From an uncultured virus (IMG/VR IMGVR_UViG_3300022927_001927) (Duplodnaviria > Heunggongvirae > Uroviricota > Caudoviricetes): a stretch of DNA of 64,000 bases. Below the pieces are notes generated by a model that saw only the letters and a list, made by a program, of their open reading frames with translations, was not told where the DNA came from and did no database searches. Where the stretch lies: the IMG/VR virus record IMGVR_UViG_3300022927_001927, one strand, 5' to 3'. Position 1 is the first letter of the stretch. Every line of letters starts with the position of its first letter. A program made the translations under genes and the position numbers. Shown here in pieces: positions 38,717 through 48,193 of this stretch.

Positions 38717-39291
38717 TGGCAATAATAGGATCATTTACTGAAGATTTGGATATTTACCTTACAGAAAATAGAGGTCGTACTGGAGCATCTAAAGCATCTG
38801 CAAACGATTTATATAAAGTAGGTGTAAAAGATACTGGCGTTTTAGAAAATGGAAAAATGTATTGCTTTGAATATTTTACACCTGACGAAACCTTTTATGA
38901 TACTAACCCAATCGTTTTGGGACTAGGTAAAAGTATAGATAATCATCAGCTTGGAATAAATTTACATTACATTCCTTATGAAGCAAGAATACCATTTCTT
39001 ACTGATGTAGTTAGATCATTTCAGAGTGTTATAGCCCAACAGCTAAAAGGTGCAACTGGAAATCCTAAATCGCAAGGTAGTCTTAAAGAATTTACTTATG
39101 ATAATTTAAAGTCTTCGTTGGCAAGAAAATACAATCTTAAGTATGCAATAAGACAATACAGATTAGATAGAATTAGAAAACCTAAAGTATTAGGTTATGA
39201 AGATTGGTACATTGGTGCTGTTAATAACCAAAACAAATTTTTTGGAGGAAACATTAACGAGGCACAAGCATTATATTACAAGAATATATAA
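38716..39291 (+). CDS. DNA end-protector (T4 gp2-like)
   Basis: GKMYCFEY, YDTNP, GINLHYIP. Confidence 0.75.
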   Translation: MAIIGSFTEDLDIYLTENRGRTGASKASANDLYKVGVKDTGVLENGKMYCFEYFTPDETFYDTNPIVLGLGKSIDNHQLGINLHYIPYEARIPFLTDVVRSFQSVIAQQLKGATGNPKSQGSLKEFTYDNLKSSLARKYNLKYAIRQYRLDRIRKPKVLGYEDWYIGAVNNQNKFFGGNINEAQALYYKNI

Positions 39292-39311
39292 ACAATAAAA
39301 GATAAAACAAT

Positions 39312-40961
39312 ATGGCAGGATTTACTGATAGGAGAGGACCATTAAGTACAGGTAATCCAGTAAGAAAAATATTAAAAGATCTTTCTAACTTAGGAATGGC
39401 CTATGATGATATGATCATCCGCAATTCCCGTGCAGTAGGTTTTACTGAAAATCAGATGGGTTATACATTTAATCCAATGGGATCTGATTCTGATGACATC
39501 TATGGTGCTTTTGCTGCCCTTTCATTAACTGATACATCTCTTAAGAAAAATATTTCTATCTTTGATAGTGATTATGAAAGAAAGAGAGATGAACTAAGAA
39601 CATATGCAGTACAAGATGAAATTGAAGATATCCTTGATGTAATTACAGATGAGGCTATTGTATTTGATGAATCTAACTTTATGGCATATGCTCATTTTAA
39701 TGGCCATATTGCAAATTCAATAGAGGATGAAATCGGTGATGTTTACAATAACATCTATAACTATTTTGGATTTAACGATTCTATCCAACCTTGGAATTAT
39801 TTTAGGAAATGGTTGGTTGATGGATACCTTGCGTTTGAAATAGTTTATAATGATAAGCAAACAGAAATAATAGGATTTAAAGAATTAGATCCAATTTCGC
39901 TAATGCCAGGTATTGATACTGATACTGGAAAAAAGCAATGGGTTCAATACAAAGGTCAAGGTGCCAAAGAAAGAAAACTTTGGGATTCTCAAATTATTTA
40001 CATATCTTATTCACAGGTAAATTCACCAATGAGAATATCATATGTTGAGAGACTTATCCGATCTTTTAACCTTTTAAGAATTATGGAGACTACCAGAATC
40101 ATCTGGGCTGTTTCCAATGCTTCATTTAAAACTCAGTTTATTATCCCTGTTGGTGGTAAATCTAAAACTAGGGCAAAACAATCGTTGGCTCAGTTAATGA
40201 ATTCTTATCGTGAAGTAGTAGACTTTAACTATGAAAGTGGTGAAATTCAAACTAACGGTAAACCAATGATGCCATTCAATAAAGAATATTGGTTACCATC
40301 TAAAGATGGAGAATCTCCAGAAATCAGTACCGTTGGTGGTGATGGTCCAGATTTAGGAGATACAGAATCTTTAAAATATTTTGCCGACCGATTAAAAATG
40401 GCATCCAAGATACCTTTCTCACGATTTGATAAAGAAGGTGGTAATACATATGATATGGATGCTAGTGGTATGCTAAGAGACGAAATAAAATTTGGAAAAT
40501 TTGTAGCTCGTTTAAGATCACTATTCCAGGAAATTTTAATTAAGCCAGTATATCTTCAAATGTGTCTTAATCATCCAGAATTAAAAAATGATGTTTCTTT
40601 TAAGGCTGGTTTAGGACTTAAATTTGTTAAAGATAATGTGTTTGAGGAAATGAAAGAAATGGAATTACAAACAAAACGAGTTGATTTTATTGGTAATCTT
40701 AAAACACAGTTAAGTACAATGGATGCTGAAATGACAGAAATTCCATACTTTGATTTAGGATTCCTTGTTAAGAGATACGGTGGATTTACTCGAGAGGATC
40801 TAAAAGCTAACCAGAGGGCCAAAGAAAGGACAGAATTAGAAGACGCTGGATATAAAGAAGAGGATATAGAAAAAATCCTTTTAGGAGCCGATAAGGCCGA
40901 TTTTGAACCAGAGAAGAAAGATGGTGCACCAGATGAAGATCCATTGGCTGGTCTTGGATAA
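39312..40961 (+). CDS. Portal protein (T4 gp20-like)
   Basis: RKWLVDG, ELDP, YWLP, KIPFSR, RDEIKF. Confidence 0.9.
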   Translation: MAGFTDRRGPLSTGNPVRKILKDLSNLGMAYDDMIIRNSRAVGFTENQMGYTFNPMGSDSDDIYGAFAALSLTDTSLKKNISIFDSDYERKRDELRTYAVQDEIEDILDVITDEAIVFDESNFMAYAHFNGHIANSIEDEIGDVYNNIYNYFGFNDSIQPWNYFRKWLVDGYLAFEIVYNDKQTEIIGFKELDPISLMPGIDTDTGKKQWVQYKGQGAKERKLWDSQIIYISYSQVNSPMRISYVERLIRSFNLLRIMETTRIIWAVSNASFKTQFIIPVGGKSKTRAKQSLAQLMNSYREVVDFNYESGEIQTNGKPMMPFNKEYWLPSKDGESPEISTVGGDGPDLGDTESLKYFADRLKMASKIPFSRFDKEGGNTYDMDASGMLRDEIKFGKFVARLRSLFQEILIKPVYLQMCLNHPELKNDVSFKAGLGLKFVKDNVFEEMKEMELQTKRVDFIGNLKTQLSTMDAEMTEIPYFDLGFLVKRYGGFTREDLKANQRAKERTELEDAGYKEEDIEKILLGADKADFEPEKKDGAPDEDPLAGLG

Positions 40962-41007
40962 AAAGTTTACAAAGATTGTAATATATAAATCAAATAACTA
41001 GTAGAAA

Positions 41008-42729
41008 ATGTCAGGAAAGAAATTATTGATTCTTGAAAGAGCTAAATCAAACCTAGATATAACTACCGGCGAAGACGGTTCGGTTGTATTAGAAGGTGTC
41101 TTTACCGAGTTTGGTGTTCGTAACAAGAATAACAGGATATATGAGGAAAAAGAAGTAATGCCTCATATCAATGAATTACAAGAAAAGGTTAAAACCAATA
41201 AGCTTTTAGGTGAATTAGATCATCCTAAGGATTTTGATGTTAGTTTGGCTAATGTTTCTCATGTTGTTGAATCATTAAACTATGATCCAGCAAAAAAGCA
41301 AGTTATTGGAAAAATTAGACTATTAAATACATCTAAAGGTAAAGAAGCACAAGCTCTTATCAAGGATGGTATCCCTTTACATATTTCAAGTAGAGCTGCC
41401 GGTACGGTAGATGAAAATGGAAAGGTTAAAATTAAAAAATTCTTTACTTATGACTTGGTTGCAGATCCTGGCTTTGAGAATGCCGAGTTATCAAGAGTAA
41501 ATGAATCTTTTGGTTTTGAAGATGATGGTACTTTAATAATCTATGAAATGGAAGAAACTGAAAACAACACAGATAATAAAAAAGATTTAACAATGGAAAA
41601 TAACAATTTTGTAACTGTTGAAGATTTTCAAAAGTATACTGAATATGTATCCGGAGTTCTAAATAACGTTAAGGAATCTGCTAACTCTAATAATGATGAG
41701 GTGATTGAAAAGCTTATTAAGTATTCTGAGCATATTGCAGAAAAGGTAAATCAGGTTTCTGATTATGCTGAATACTTATCTGAAAATCTAGATAAGAGCA
41801 TTTCTTATTCTGACTATCTCGCTGAAAATGTAAATTCAATTAAGGACTATGCTTCTTACTTGGCTGAAGAACTTGATGGAAGTATTCAATACGCCGAGCA
41901 TGTAGCGGAGATGGCTGATAAAGGAATTCAATATTCTAACTATGTAGCTGAAAACCTTGAAAAAGGAATTGAATATTCTGAATATGTAGCCGAAAAGGTT
42001 GATCAAAATATTGCTTATTCTGAATACCTCGGTGAAGGATTAGAGAAGAGTATCAAGTATTCCGAATACATTGCAGAAAATGTAAATTCTGTAGAAGGCG
42101 AAACTCTTAATGAGTCTGCCGATGTTAAAGAAGGCAAGGATGCAGTATGCGAATCATGTGGAAAGGTACATGAAGGAGCCTGTGAATCTTATGAAGAAGA
42201 AAAAGACTACAAAGAATCAATCGAAGAAAAATTGGAAAGACTGATTGCTAAAGCTGAAACTAAGAATGTTTCTGAAATGCATTTTATGAACTTCTTAGGA
42301 GAGTCTAAAAAGAATCAATTCAATACTCTTCCTGCTGAGAAACAAGCAATGATTGTTGAATCAATGAATGCTCAACCAATTATGTCTACTGTGCAAGCAG
42401 AAAACGTTTGGGAATCTGCCTTTATTGAAAAGAGAAGAGAATTAAATATAATTGATGATATGCCTGAAAAGTTCAGAGCAAAATGGGATAACCTTTCTGA
42501 GGCTCGCCAGGCACAGATCATTGCGGAATCTAAATTCCATCAACTAGGTAACCAATACGGAATTAATAATTTCTGGGCAACAAGAGATATGAGAGATACT
42601 CAAATGTCAACAGAAGCTATTAATGAAAGTAAAACTGCTGCTGAGGCTGCAAAGAAATCAGAACCTTTGGTAAATGAATCTTTTGCTGCTAACCTTATCA
42701 GTAAAGTTAAGTTTAATCTAGGCAAATAA
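41008..42729 (+). CDS. Prohead protease (gp21-like) fused to scaffold (gp22-like)
   Basis: NKNNRIY, GELDHP, ISSRAAG, DLVADPG; then helical 14-aa repeats. Confidence 0.88.
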   Translation: MSGKKLLILERAKSNLDITTGEDGSVVLEGVFTEFGVRNKNNRIYEEKEVMPHINELQEKVKTNKLLGELDHPKDFDVSLANVSHVVESLNYDPAKKQVIGKIRLLNTSKGKEAQALIKDGIPLHISSRAAGTVDENGKVKIKKFFTYDLVADPGFENAELSRVNESFGFEDDGTLIIYEMEETENNTDNKKDLTMENNNFVTVEDFQKYTEYVSGVLNNVKESANSNNDEVIEKLIKYSEHIAEKVNQVSDYAEYLSENLDKSISYSDYLAENVNSIKDYASYLAEELDGSIQYAEHVAEMADKGIQYSNYVAENLEKGIEYSEYVAEKVDQNIAYSEYLGEGLEKSIKYSEYIAENVNSVEGETLNESADVKEGKDAVCESCGKVHEGACESYEEEKDYKESIEEKLERLIAKAETKNVSEMHFMNFLGESKKNQFNTLPAEKQAMIVESMNAQPIMSTVQAENVWESAFIEKRRELNIIDDMPEKFRAKWDNLSEARQAQIIAESKFHQLGNQYGINNFWATRDMRDTQMSTEAINESKTAAEAAKKSEPLVNESFAANLISKVKFNLGK

Positions 42730-42811
42730 ATAAAAAAATTCAATCTAATAGTTAAGAAGCAAAGAACTGTAGATAGATTATACAAAAAGTGCAAAAAATA
42801 AAAATACTAAA

Positions 42812-44527
42812 ATGTACGCAAATCAATTAATCAACGAGGCCGAAGTTCAAAAGACTTGGGGCCCTATCATTGAGGAGGCTACCGGTATCACTGAAAAGTC
42901 TAAGTTATCTTGGATGTCTAAGTACTGCCACTACCATAACCTTAATGAAAGTGTATATAATACTGTACACTTAAATCCTAACATGAATGTTCAGGGTATG
43001 AATGCTGTTACTTTACCAGGAAACCCTGGAAGTATGGATGCATTCTCTGGACAAACTACTGGTTCAGGTGATAGACCATTTTCTTTGTTGCCACTTGCTA
43101 TGCAAGTTGCTGCTCAGACTGTAGGTTTAGACTTAGTACCTGTTGTACCAATGCAAGGTCCTATGGGAGTTCTTACTTACTTAGACTTTGTATACGGTGG
43201 AGGTAGAGTTACTGACGCTGGCGGAATCGCTACTGACAGTGCTCCTTTATTAATCAAAGTAAAGGCTGATGTCGGTACTGGTGCATCTTGGACAGTTGAT
43301 CAAGTAGTTTACGCTGCTTCTACTGCTACCAACAATGCTGCTTACGAATTAACTTACGTAGGTAAATCTAGAATTGACGGATACCAAATCTTCCGTGTAA
43401 GAGGTAATAACACTGCTACTGATCTTACTTTCCGTCAAGGTGAAGAAGGATACGAGCCAATTTATGCTGCTGTAGCAAATGGTGTTGCTTTCTATTCTGA
43501 CGCTGCAACTACTACTGTTGCTGGTACTTGGGATGGAAACGCTGAATACGTTAAAGCTTTAGAAGATCACATTACTGGATTCTCTGGTAACGCTTTTGAA
43601 AAAAATAACGTTTCTGCTCCATTTACTAACATCGATGGTGTTAATCCTTACGAAAGAGGTGCAGGTGAAGCTACTCCTGATAACATCATGGGATTGAGCT
43701 TATTTAACAAGTCAGTTGCTGCTAAGACTTTCCAAGTTGCTGCTGCTGTTACTCGTGAGCAAGTTCAAGACCTTAAGCAATTTGGAATCGACGCAGTTGC
43801 TCAAGTAGAAGCTGTATTGGTTAACGAATTGACTCAGTCTATCAACAAATACATCTTGGATCGTATCTTCCGTAATGGTGCTACTAACTCTAAGAATGTA
43901 AGCACTGTTGAAGGATTATTGTTATCTGCTGCTTTCGGTGACGGTACAACTACTACCAATGCTGCTGGATTCAACTTAGGATTTGATAACACTGGTGCTA
44001 ATGTTACTTTAGGTGCAGGTTCTGCTGTAACCAACGTAACTGGTGGAGGTGAAACTCAAGGTACAATCCAAAGAAGAATGTACACTAAGATTCTTGCTGC
44101 ATCTAACTTGATCGCAACAAGAGGTCGTAGAGGTCCTGCTACTTTCGCAGTATGTTCTGGTGAACTTGCTACTGCATTCCAGGATATCGCAGGATTCGTT
44201 CCTTACCCATTGTCTAACACAATCAACCAAGCAGGTGGATCTCTTTTCCCAATTGGTGCTCTTGCTGGTGTAACTATTTATGTTGATCCTAACATGGCTT
44301 GGAATGACTACAGAGTTGCAGTTGGACGTAAAGGTGACGGAAACTCTCCAGGTTTGGTATTCATGCCTTACTTAATGGCTGAATCTGTTGAAACAATCGC
44401 TGAAGGAACTATGGCTCCTAAAATCGCGGTTAAATCACGTTTCGCTTTAGTAGATGCTGGATTCCACCCAGAAACAATGTATTACACTGTTGCATTCAAA
44501 ACATTCGATGGCGTAAGCTTTATCTAA
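42812..44527 (+). CDS. Major capsid protein (T4 gp23-like)
   Basis: VVPMQGP, EQVQDL, INKYI, VYVD-like TIYVDP, FMPY, PKIAVKSRF. Confidence 0.92.
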   Translation: MYANQLINEAEVQKTWGPIIEEATGITEKSKLSWMSKYCHYHNLNESVYNTVHLNPNMNVQGMNAVTLPGNPGSMDAFSGQTTGSGDRPFSLLPLAMQVAAQTVGLDLVPVVPMQGPMGVLTYLDFVYGGGRVTDAGGIATDSAPLLIKVKADVGTGASWTVDQVVYAASTATNNAAYELTYVGKSRIDGYQIFRVRGNNTATDLTFRQGEEGYEPIYAAVANGVAFYSDAATTTVAGTWDGNAEYVKALEDHITGFSGNAFEKNNVSAPFTNIDGVNPYERGAGEATPDNIMGLSLFNKSVAAKTFQVAAAVTREQVQDLKQFGIDAVAQVEAVLVNELTQSINKYILDRIFRNGATNSKNVSTVEGLLLSAAFGDGTTTTNAAGFNLGFDNTGANVTLGAGSAVTNVTGGGETQGTIQRRMYTKILAASNLIATRGRRGPATFAVCSGELATAFQDIAGFVPYPLSNTINQAGGSLFPIGALAGVTIYVDPNMAWNDYRVAVGRKGDGNSPGLVFMPYLMAESVETIAEGTMAPKIAVKSRFALVDAGFHPETMYYTVAFKTFDGVSFI

Positions 44528-44555
44528 TAGAATGTAAAGTAATAAATACTTTAAG

Positions 44556-44584
44556 AAAGGTTCGCCGAAAGGCGGACCTTTTTT
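44556..44584 (+). terminator. Intrinsic terminator after MCP
   Basis: aaaggttcgcc-gaaa-ggcggaccttt plus T run. Confidence 0.9.
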
Positions 44585-44631
44585 GTTTAATAGTCTCAAA
44601 TATATAAAACAATAGAAAAATAATATAGATC

Positions 44632-45702
44632 ATGAAATTATTATCTTTTGAAGGATACAAAATGTTAAACGAATCATCTAAAGCATTTGAGGCTGATTTG
44701 GATAAAACACTAAACGAAAATATTGGAGCTGCGTTAGGTAGCCCTGTTAAATTTACCAAGATTAAAAATAATGCTAAGAAGTACCAACAAGCTTTAGTAC
44801 AGGTTGCAATTAATAATCTTGACTATGAAAAGAAAAAGGCTGCTGGTAATGTAGATAAAACTAAAGCTGATGTTCTTAAAGCTGCGAATGCTCAAAAGAA
44901 TCAGGCATTAAAAGATCAGGCTTCTGCTATATCTGATAGAATGGATCAATTAGCCACAACGGCCGGTCTTAAAAAAGTTGCCTCTATTGCTAAGAATAAA
45001 TCAAAAATGGCTGCTGCCGAAACTGCACTTAAGACTGCTGATGGTGAAGAAGCAAAGGCACTTAAGTTAAAGATTAAAGGTCTTAACCAAAAGGTTGCTG
45101 CCGATCAACAAGAACTTAAAGATTATGAAAAGGCTGATGATAAGAAAGAAGGACCAGAAGGAACAGATAATCAAAACCTTGATAATGTAAATACTACTGA
45201 CGGTGGTAAAGAAAAAGGTGGTAAAGAAGAAGTTGATCAGGCTAAAATAGATGCTGCTCAAAAAGAAGTAGATCAAGCTAAGGCTGAATTGGATATTATA
45301 ATCGGTAATGATAATGCGAAGGAAGAAGATAAAATTGATTTTCAAATCGCATGGGCCAAAGCAGTGATGAAAAGAAATAAACTTGAAGGTAAGGATACTA
45401 CAAAAGACTCCAAGGCAATAGGTGACTTGATGCAAAGGAAACAAGAATTAGCTGCAAAAGGAAAGGGCGGTGACGGTCAACCTGAAGGAGGAAAGAAACC
45501 CGGTGGAACACCTCCACCTCCACCCCCAACTCCTGGTAAAAAGAAACCCGGTGGAACACCTCCACCTCCACCCCCACCTCCTGGTAAAAAGAAAGAAGAT
45601 GAGGAAGAAGGCAAACCTAAGAAAAAGAAAGCCGGTAACGAATCTTATGTAAACGAATCAGTTTCTGCTAAGTTCAGAAGACTGATGGAAAATAAATCTT
45701 AA
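44632..45702 (+). CDS. Late Lys/Ala-rich protein with poly-Pro repeats; probable internal head protein
   Basis: Late promoter 44598; N-terminal SFEGYKMLNES; GGTPPPPPP twice. Confidence 0.65.
   Translation: MKLLSFEGYKMLNESSKAFEADLDKTLNENIGAALGSPVKFTKIKNNAKKYQQALVQVAINNLDYEKKKAAGNVDKTKADVLKAANAQKNQALKDQASAISDRMDQLATTAGLKKVASIAKNKSKMAAAETALKTADGEEAKALKLKIKGLNQKVAADQQELKDYEKADDKKEGPEGTDNQNLDNVNTTDGGKEKGGKEEVDQAKIDAAQKEVDQAKAELDIIIGNDNAKEEDKIDFQIAWAKAVMKRNKLEGKDTTKDSKAIGDLMQRKQELAAKGKGGDGQPEGGKKPGGTPPPPPPTPGKKKPGGTPPPPPPPPGKKKEDEEEGKPKKKKAGNESYVNESVSAKFRRLMENKS
45493..45588 (+). repeat. 48-bp tandem duplication (coding)
   Basis: aagaaacccggtggaacacctccacctccaccccca(a/c)ctcctggtaaa x2, one mismatch. 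Confidence 0.95.
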
Positions 45703-46193
45703 TGTACAAAGTTCGTAAAATAAACTTTGGATGGTATAGAAGGCGGCATGGTATTCTTTTGGAGAATCTGCCGCCTTCAAAGCAACGATTCATGGTAGAG
45801 AATGATTATCTGAAATGGTTAGAACCAGATCCACAGGTATATGAAATCATATTTAAAGTGGAGGATATGAATGACCATGAAAAGAATCCTAACCGCATTC
45901 TTTGGAATCCTTTTAGAGAAACGTTTACTAGCATAAAAGAATTAGAAAAAGATTCCGATTTAGTAGATTGGAATTGTGGAATCTGTAAAGCTGATATTAA
46001 ATCAAGAATGGATTCTAAGAAAGTAGAAAACTTTGTTTGTAAGAAATGCTCAGAGGCTCATAACTCACGGAATAAAAGGGTTGATCAAAGGATAATAGAT
46101 TCGTCCATTAAATTTACTAAACACTGTAAATCTCTTCTAAAAGGTGAACAGAGGGAGTTCCTCACCTATGTACGCAGATCATCTAAGGGCTAA
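45702..46193 (+). CDS. Hypothetical Zn-ribbon protein
   Basis: CGIC...CKKC. Confidence 0.65.
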   Translation: MYKVRKINFGWYRRRHGILLENLPPSKQRFMVENDYLKWLEPDPQVYEIIFKVEDMNDHEKNPNRILWNPFRETFTSIKELEKDSDLVDWNCGICKADIKSRMDSKKVENFVCKKCSEAHNSRNKRVDQRIIDSSIKFTKHCKSLLKGEQREFLTYVRRSSKG

Positions 46194-46973
46194 TGCCTCG
46201 TCTATAGTTATCTTTTTAAATGCGTTAAGTTTGCTCGTAGGGCATGCATTAAATATTTGGATATCTTTACCTTTTAGTAACTCTTTAATAACATTAAATC
46301 CTGGTAAGAATTGATCTTTATAAATATTCTCACCAGTTGCATTTACTGGGTACCCATCATGGAAGTGGCTATTTTTTCCATTATTACCCATATCATATCC
46401 TAAAAGAACAATTCTTTTTGCACCTAAATGGATTGCTAAATTAATTGCTGCATAGCCGCTATTATTACCATGTGCTAAAGTATCTCTCGCAGTTTCTAAA
46501 CCAAATTTTTGACCCTTTCTAAGAATATGAATTGTCTTATCTTCATAAGGCATTGCTCTAACGGTAAATTTTAAGCCTTTAAAATTATGAATCTTTTCTT
46601 TAAGCCATGCATATATTCTACCATCTGTCCAATACATAGCATTAGCATGCGGCCAAAACTCTATAGCTTTATTTATTGCAATAGTCTTTTTACCTTTTAA
46701 TCTATTCCACTCAAATCCTTTTAATGATGGCCCTCCACCTATTAAGTAAACCGTTTCACCTTGCCAAATAGGCTCAATTGGCTTAAATGTCTTTGGGGTA
46801 ATATAAGGTTCCTTTCTTTTTATCTCTGCTTTTGCCACTTGTGTTGATACCGTAACTTTTTTAACTACTTTATTTCTTTGAACACCTTTAACTATTCTGC
46901 TAGGATTATTTGCAGAATCGTCTTTAGGTAAAAGTATATCAACCCTCTTTCTAAGTTTTCTTATGCGGCGCAT
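46179..46973 (-). CDS. Maf/CstII-like (DUF115) putative glycosyltransferase
   Basis: LIGGGPSL, IAIN, NSGYAAINLAIHLGAKRIVLLGYD. Confidence 0.7.
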   Translation of the reverse strand: MRRIRKLRKRVDILLPKDDSANNPSRIVKGVQRNKVVKKVTVSTQVAKAEIKRKEPYITPKTFKPIEPIWQGETVYLIGGGPSLKGFEWNRLKGKKTIAINKAIEFWPHANAMYWTDGRIYAWLKEKIHNFKGLKFTVRAMPYEDKTIHILRKGQKFGLETARDTLAHGNNSGYAAINLAIHLGAKRIVLLGYDMGNNGKNSHFHDGYPVNATGENIYKDQFLPGFNVIKELLKGKDIQIFNACPTSKLNAFKKITIDEALALR

Positions 46974-47042
46974 AGGTCAGTTTTTTTATTTATTCCTTTT
47001 GAAACCATATCCAATTTTTACATATAAAAATAAATCTATTTT

Positions 47043-48005
47043 ATGAAGAATGTACAAAACATACTCTTAACAGAAAAGTATCGGCCTCAATCTTTAGATG
47101 ATCTTATTACCCCTAAACGAGTTGGTGATAAATTGGCAAAGGGAGTTTATCAGCATTTACTTTTACACGGTAGCCCTGGTACTGGTAAGACATCTGCTGC
47201 AAAGGCAATGGTTAAACATTTTAAACATCCTTATCTTTACATTAATGCATCAACCGACACATCAGTAGATATTGTAAGAAATCGCATTACTGATTTTTGT
47301 GCAAATCGTTCTATCATGGATGAACCTGGTAAACTGAAGGTTATTATTCTTGATGAGATTGATGGTGTATCTGATCAATTCTTTAAAGCTCTTCGCGCTA
47401 CGATGGATCAATTTAATGTTAATGCAAGATTTATTGCAACATGTAATTACATTAATAAAGTACCGGACCCAATTCAGTCCAGATTTGAAATGATTGATTT
47501 TGATTTTTCAAAAGAAGAAGAGACTGAAATTATGAAAGGTTACATAATGAGAGTTTTACAAATCTGCAAAGAAGAGGGGTTAGGAATTGATAAACATGCT
47601 GCGGTTGAATTAGTAAAAAGAAAATTTCCAGATCTTCGTAATATGCTTAATACAATCCAAGGATTTAAATCTCAAGGATTGGAAACTGTTAATGTAGAAG
47701 ATATTAAGAAGTTTAGTTCAGTCTATAAAGATATCTATGACCTTGTTATTGATGGAACTGATCCTGTAAAAAATTATCAATATATGTTATCAAATTATGC
47801 AAATAGAACTGATGATGTACTTTCTTCTCTAGGTGCAGAATTTATAGATTTTATAAAACAGGATAGGCAATCATATACTCAATTCATACCACAGATAATT
47901 GTAACGGTTGCAAAATATCAATCACAAAGGCAACAGGTAATTGATCCTGCAGTATCAATGCTTGCTTGTATCTATGAACTGCAATCAATAGTAAATGAAG
48001 CATGA
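47043..48005 (+). CDS. Clamp loader AAA+ subunit (T4 gp44/RFC-like)
   Basis: EKYRP, GSPGTGKT, INAS, ILDEID, SRF. Confidence 0.92.
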   Translation: MKNVQNILLTEKYRPQSLDDLITPKRVGDKLAKGVYQHLLLHGSPGTGKTSAAKAMVKHFKHPYLYINASTDTSVDIVRNRITDFCANRSIMDEPGKLKVIILDEIDGVSDQFFKALRATMDQFNVNARFIATCNYINKVPDPIQSRFEMIDFDFSKEEETEIMKGYIMRVLQICKEEGLGIDKHAAVELVKRKFPDLRNMLNTIQGFKSQGLETVNVEDIKKFSSVYKDIYDLVIDGTDPVKNYQYMLSNYANRTDDVLSSLGAEFIDFIKQDRQSYTQFIPQIIVTVAKYQSQRQQVIDPAVSMLACIYELQSIVNEA

Positions 48006-48163
48006 CACCAGAATTTTTAGATCAACTAATCAAACTCTATCCTAATAATTATGAATTAGGAAATGCAGTTAGAGCATTTTGGCATATGAAAAGAGACAAG
48101 CCTAATTTAAGCCTTGTTGAGTTAGAAAATGAATTTCTCCGTAACTTTCAGAATGGCATCTAA
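48002..48163 (+). CDS. Small hypothetical protein (53 aa), not in ORF track
   Basis: MTPEFLDQLIKLYPNNYELGNAVR...; ATGA overlap with clamp loader. Confidence 0.6.
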   Translation: MTPEFLDQLIKLYPNNYELGNAVRAFWHMKRDKPNLSLVELENEFLRNFQNGI

Positions 48164-48193
48164 CTTGTTATAATTAAATTAAATACTAATAAT

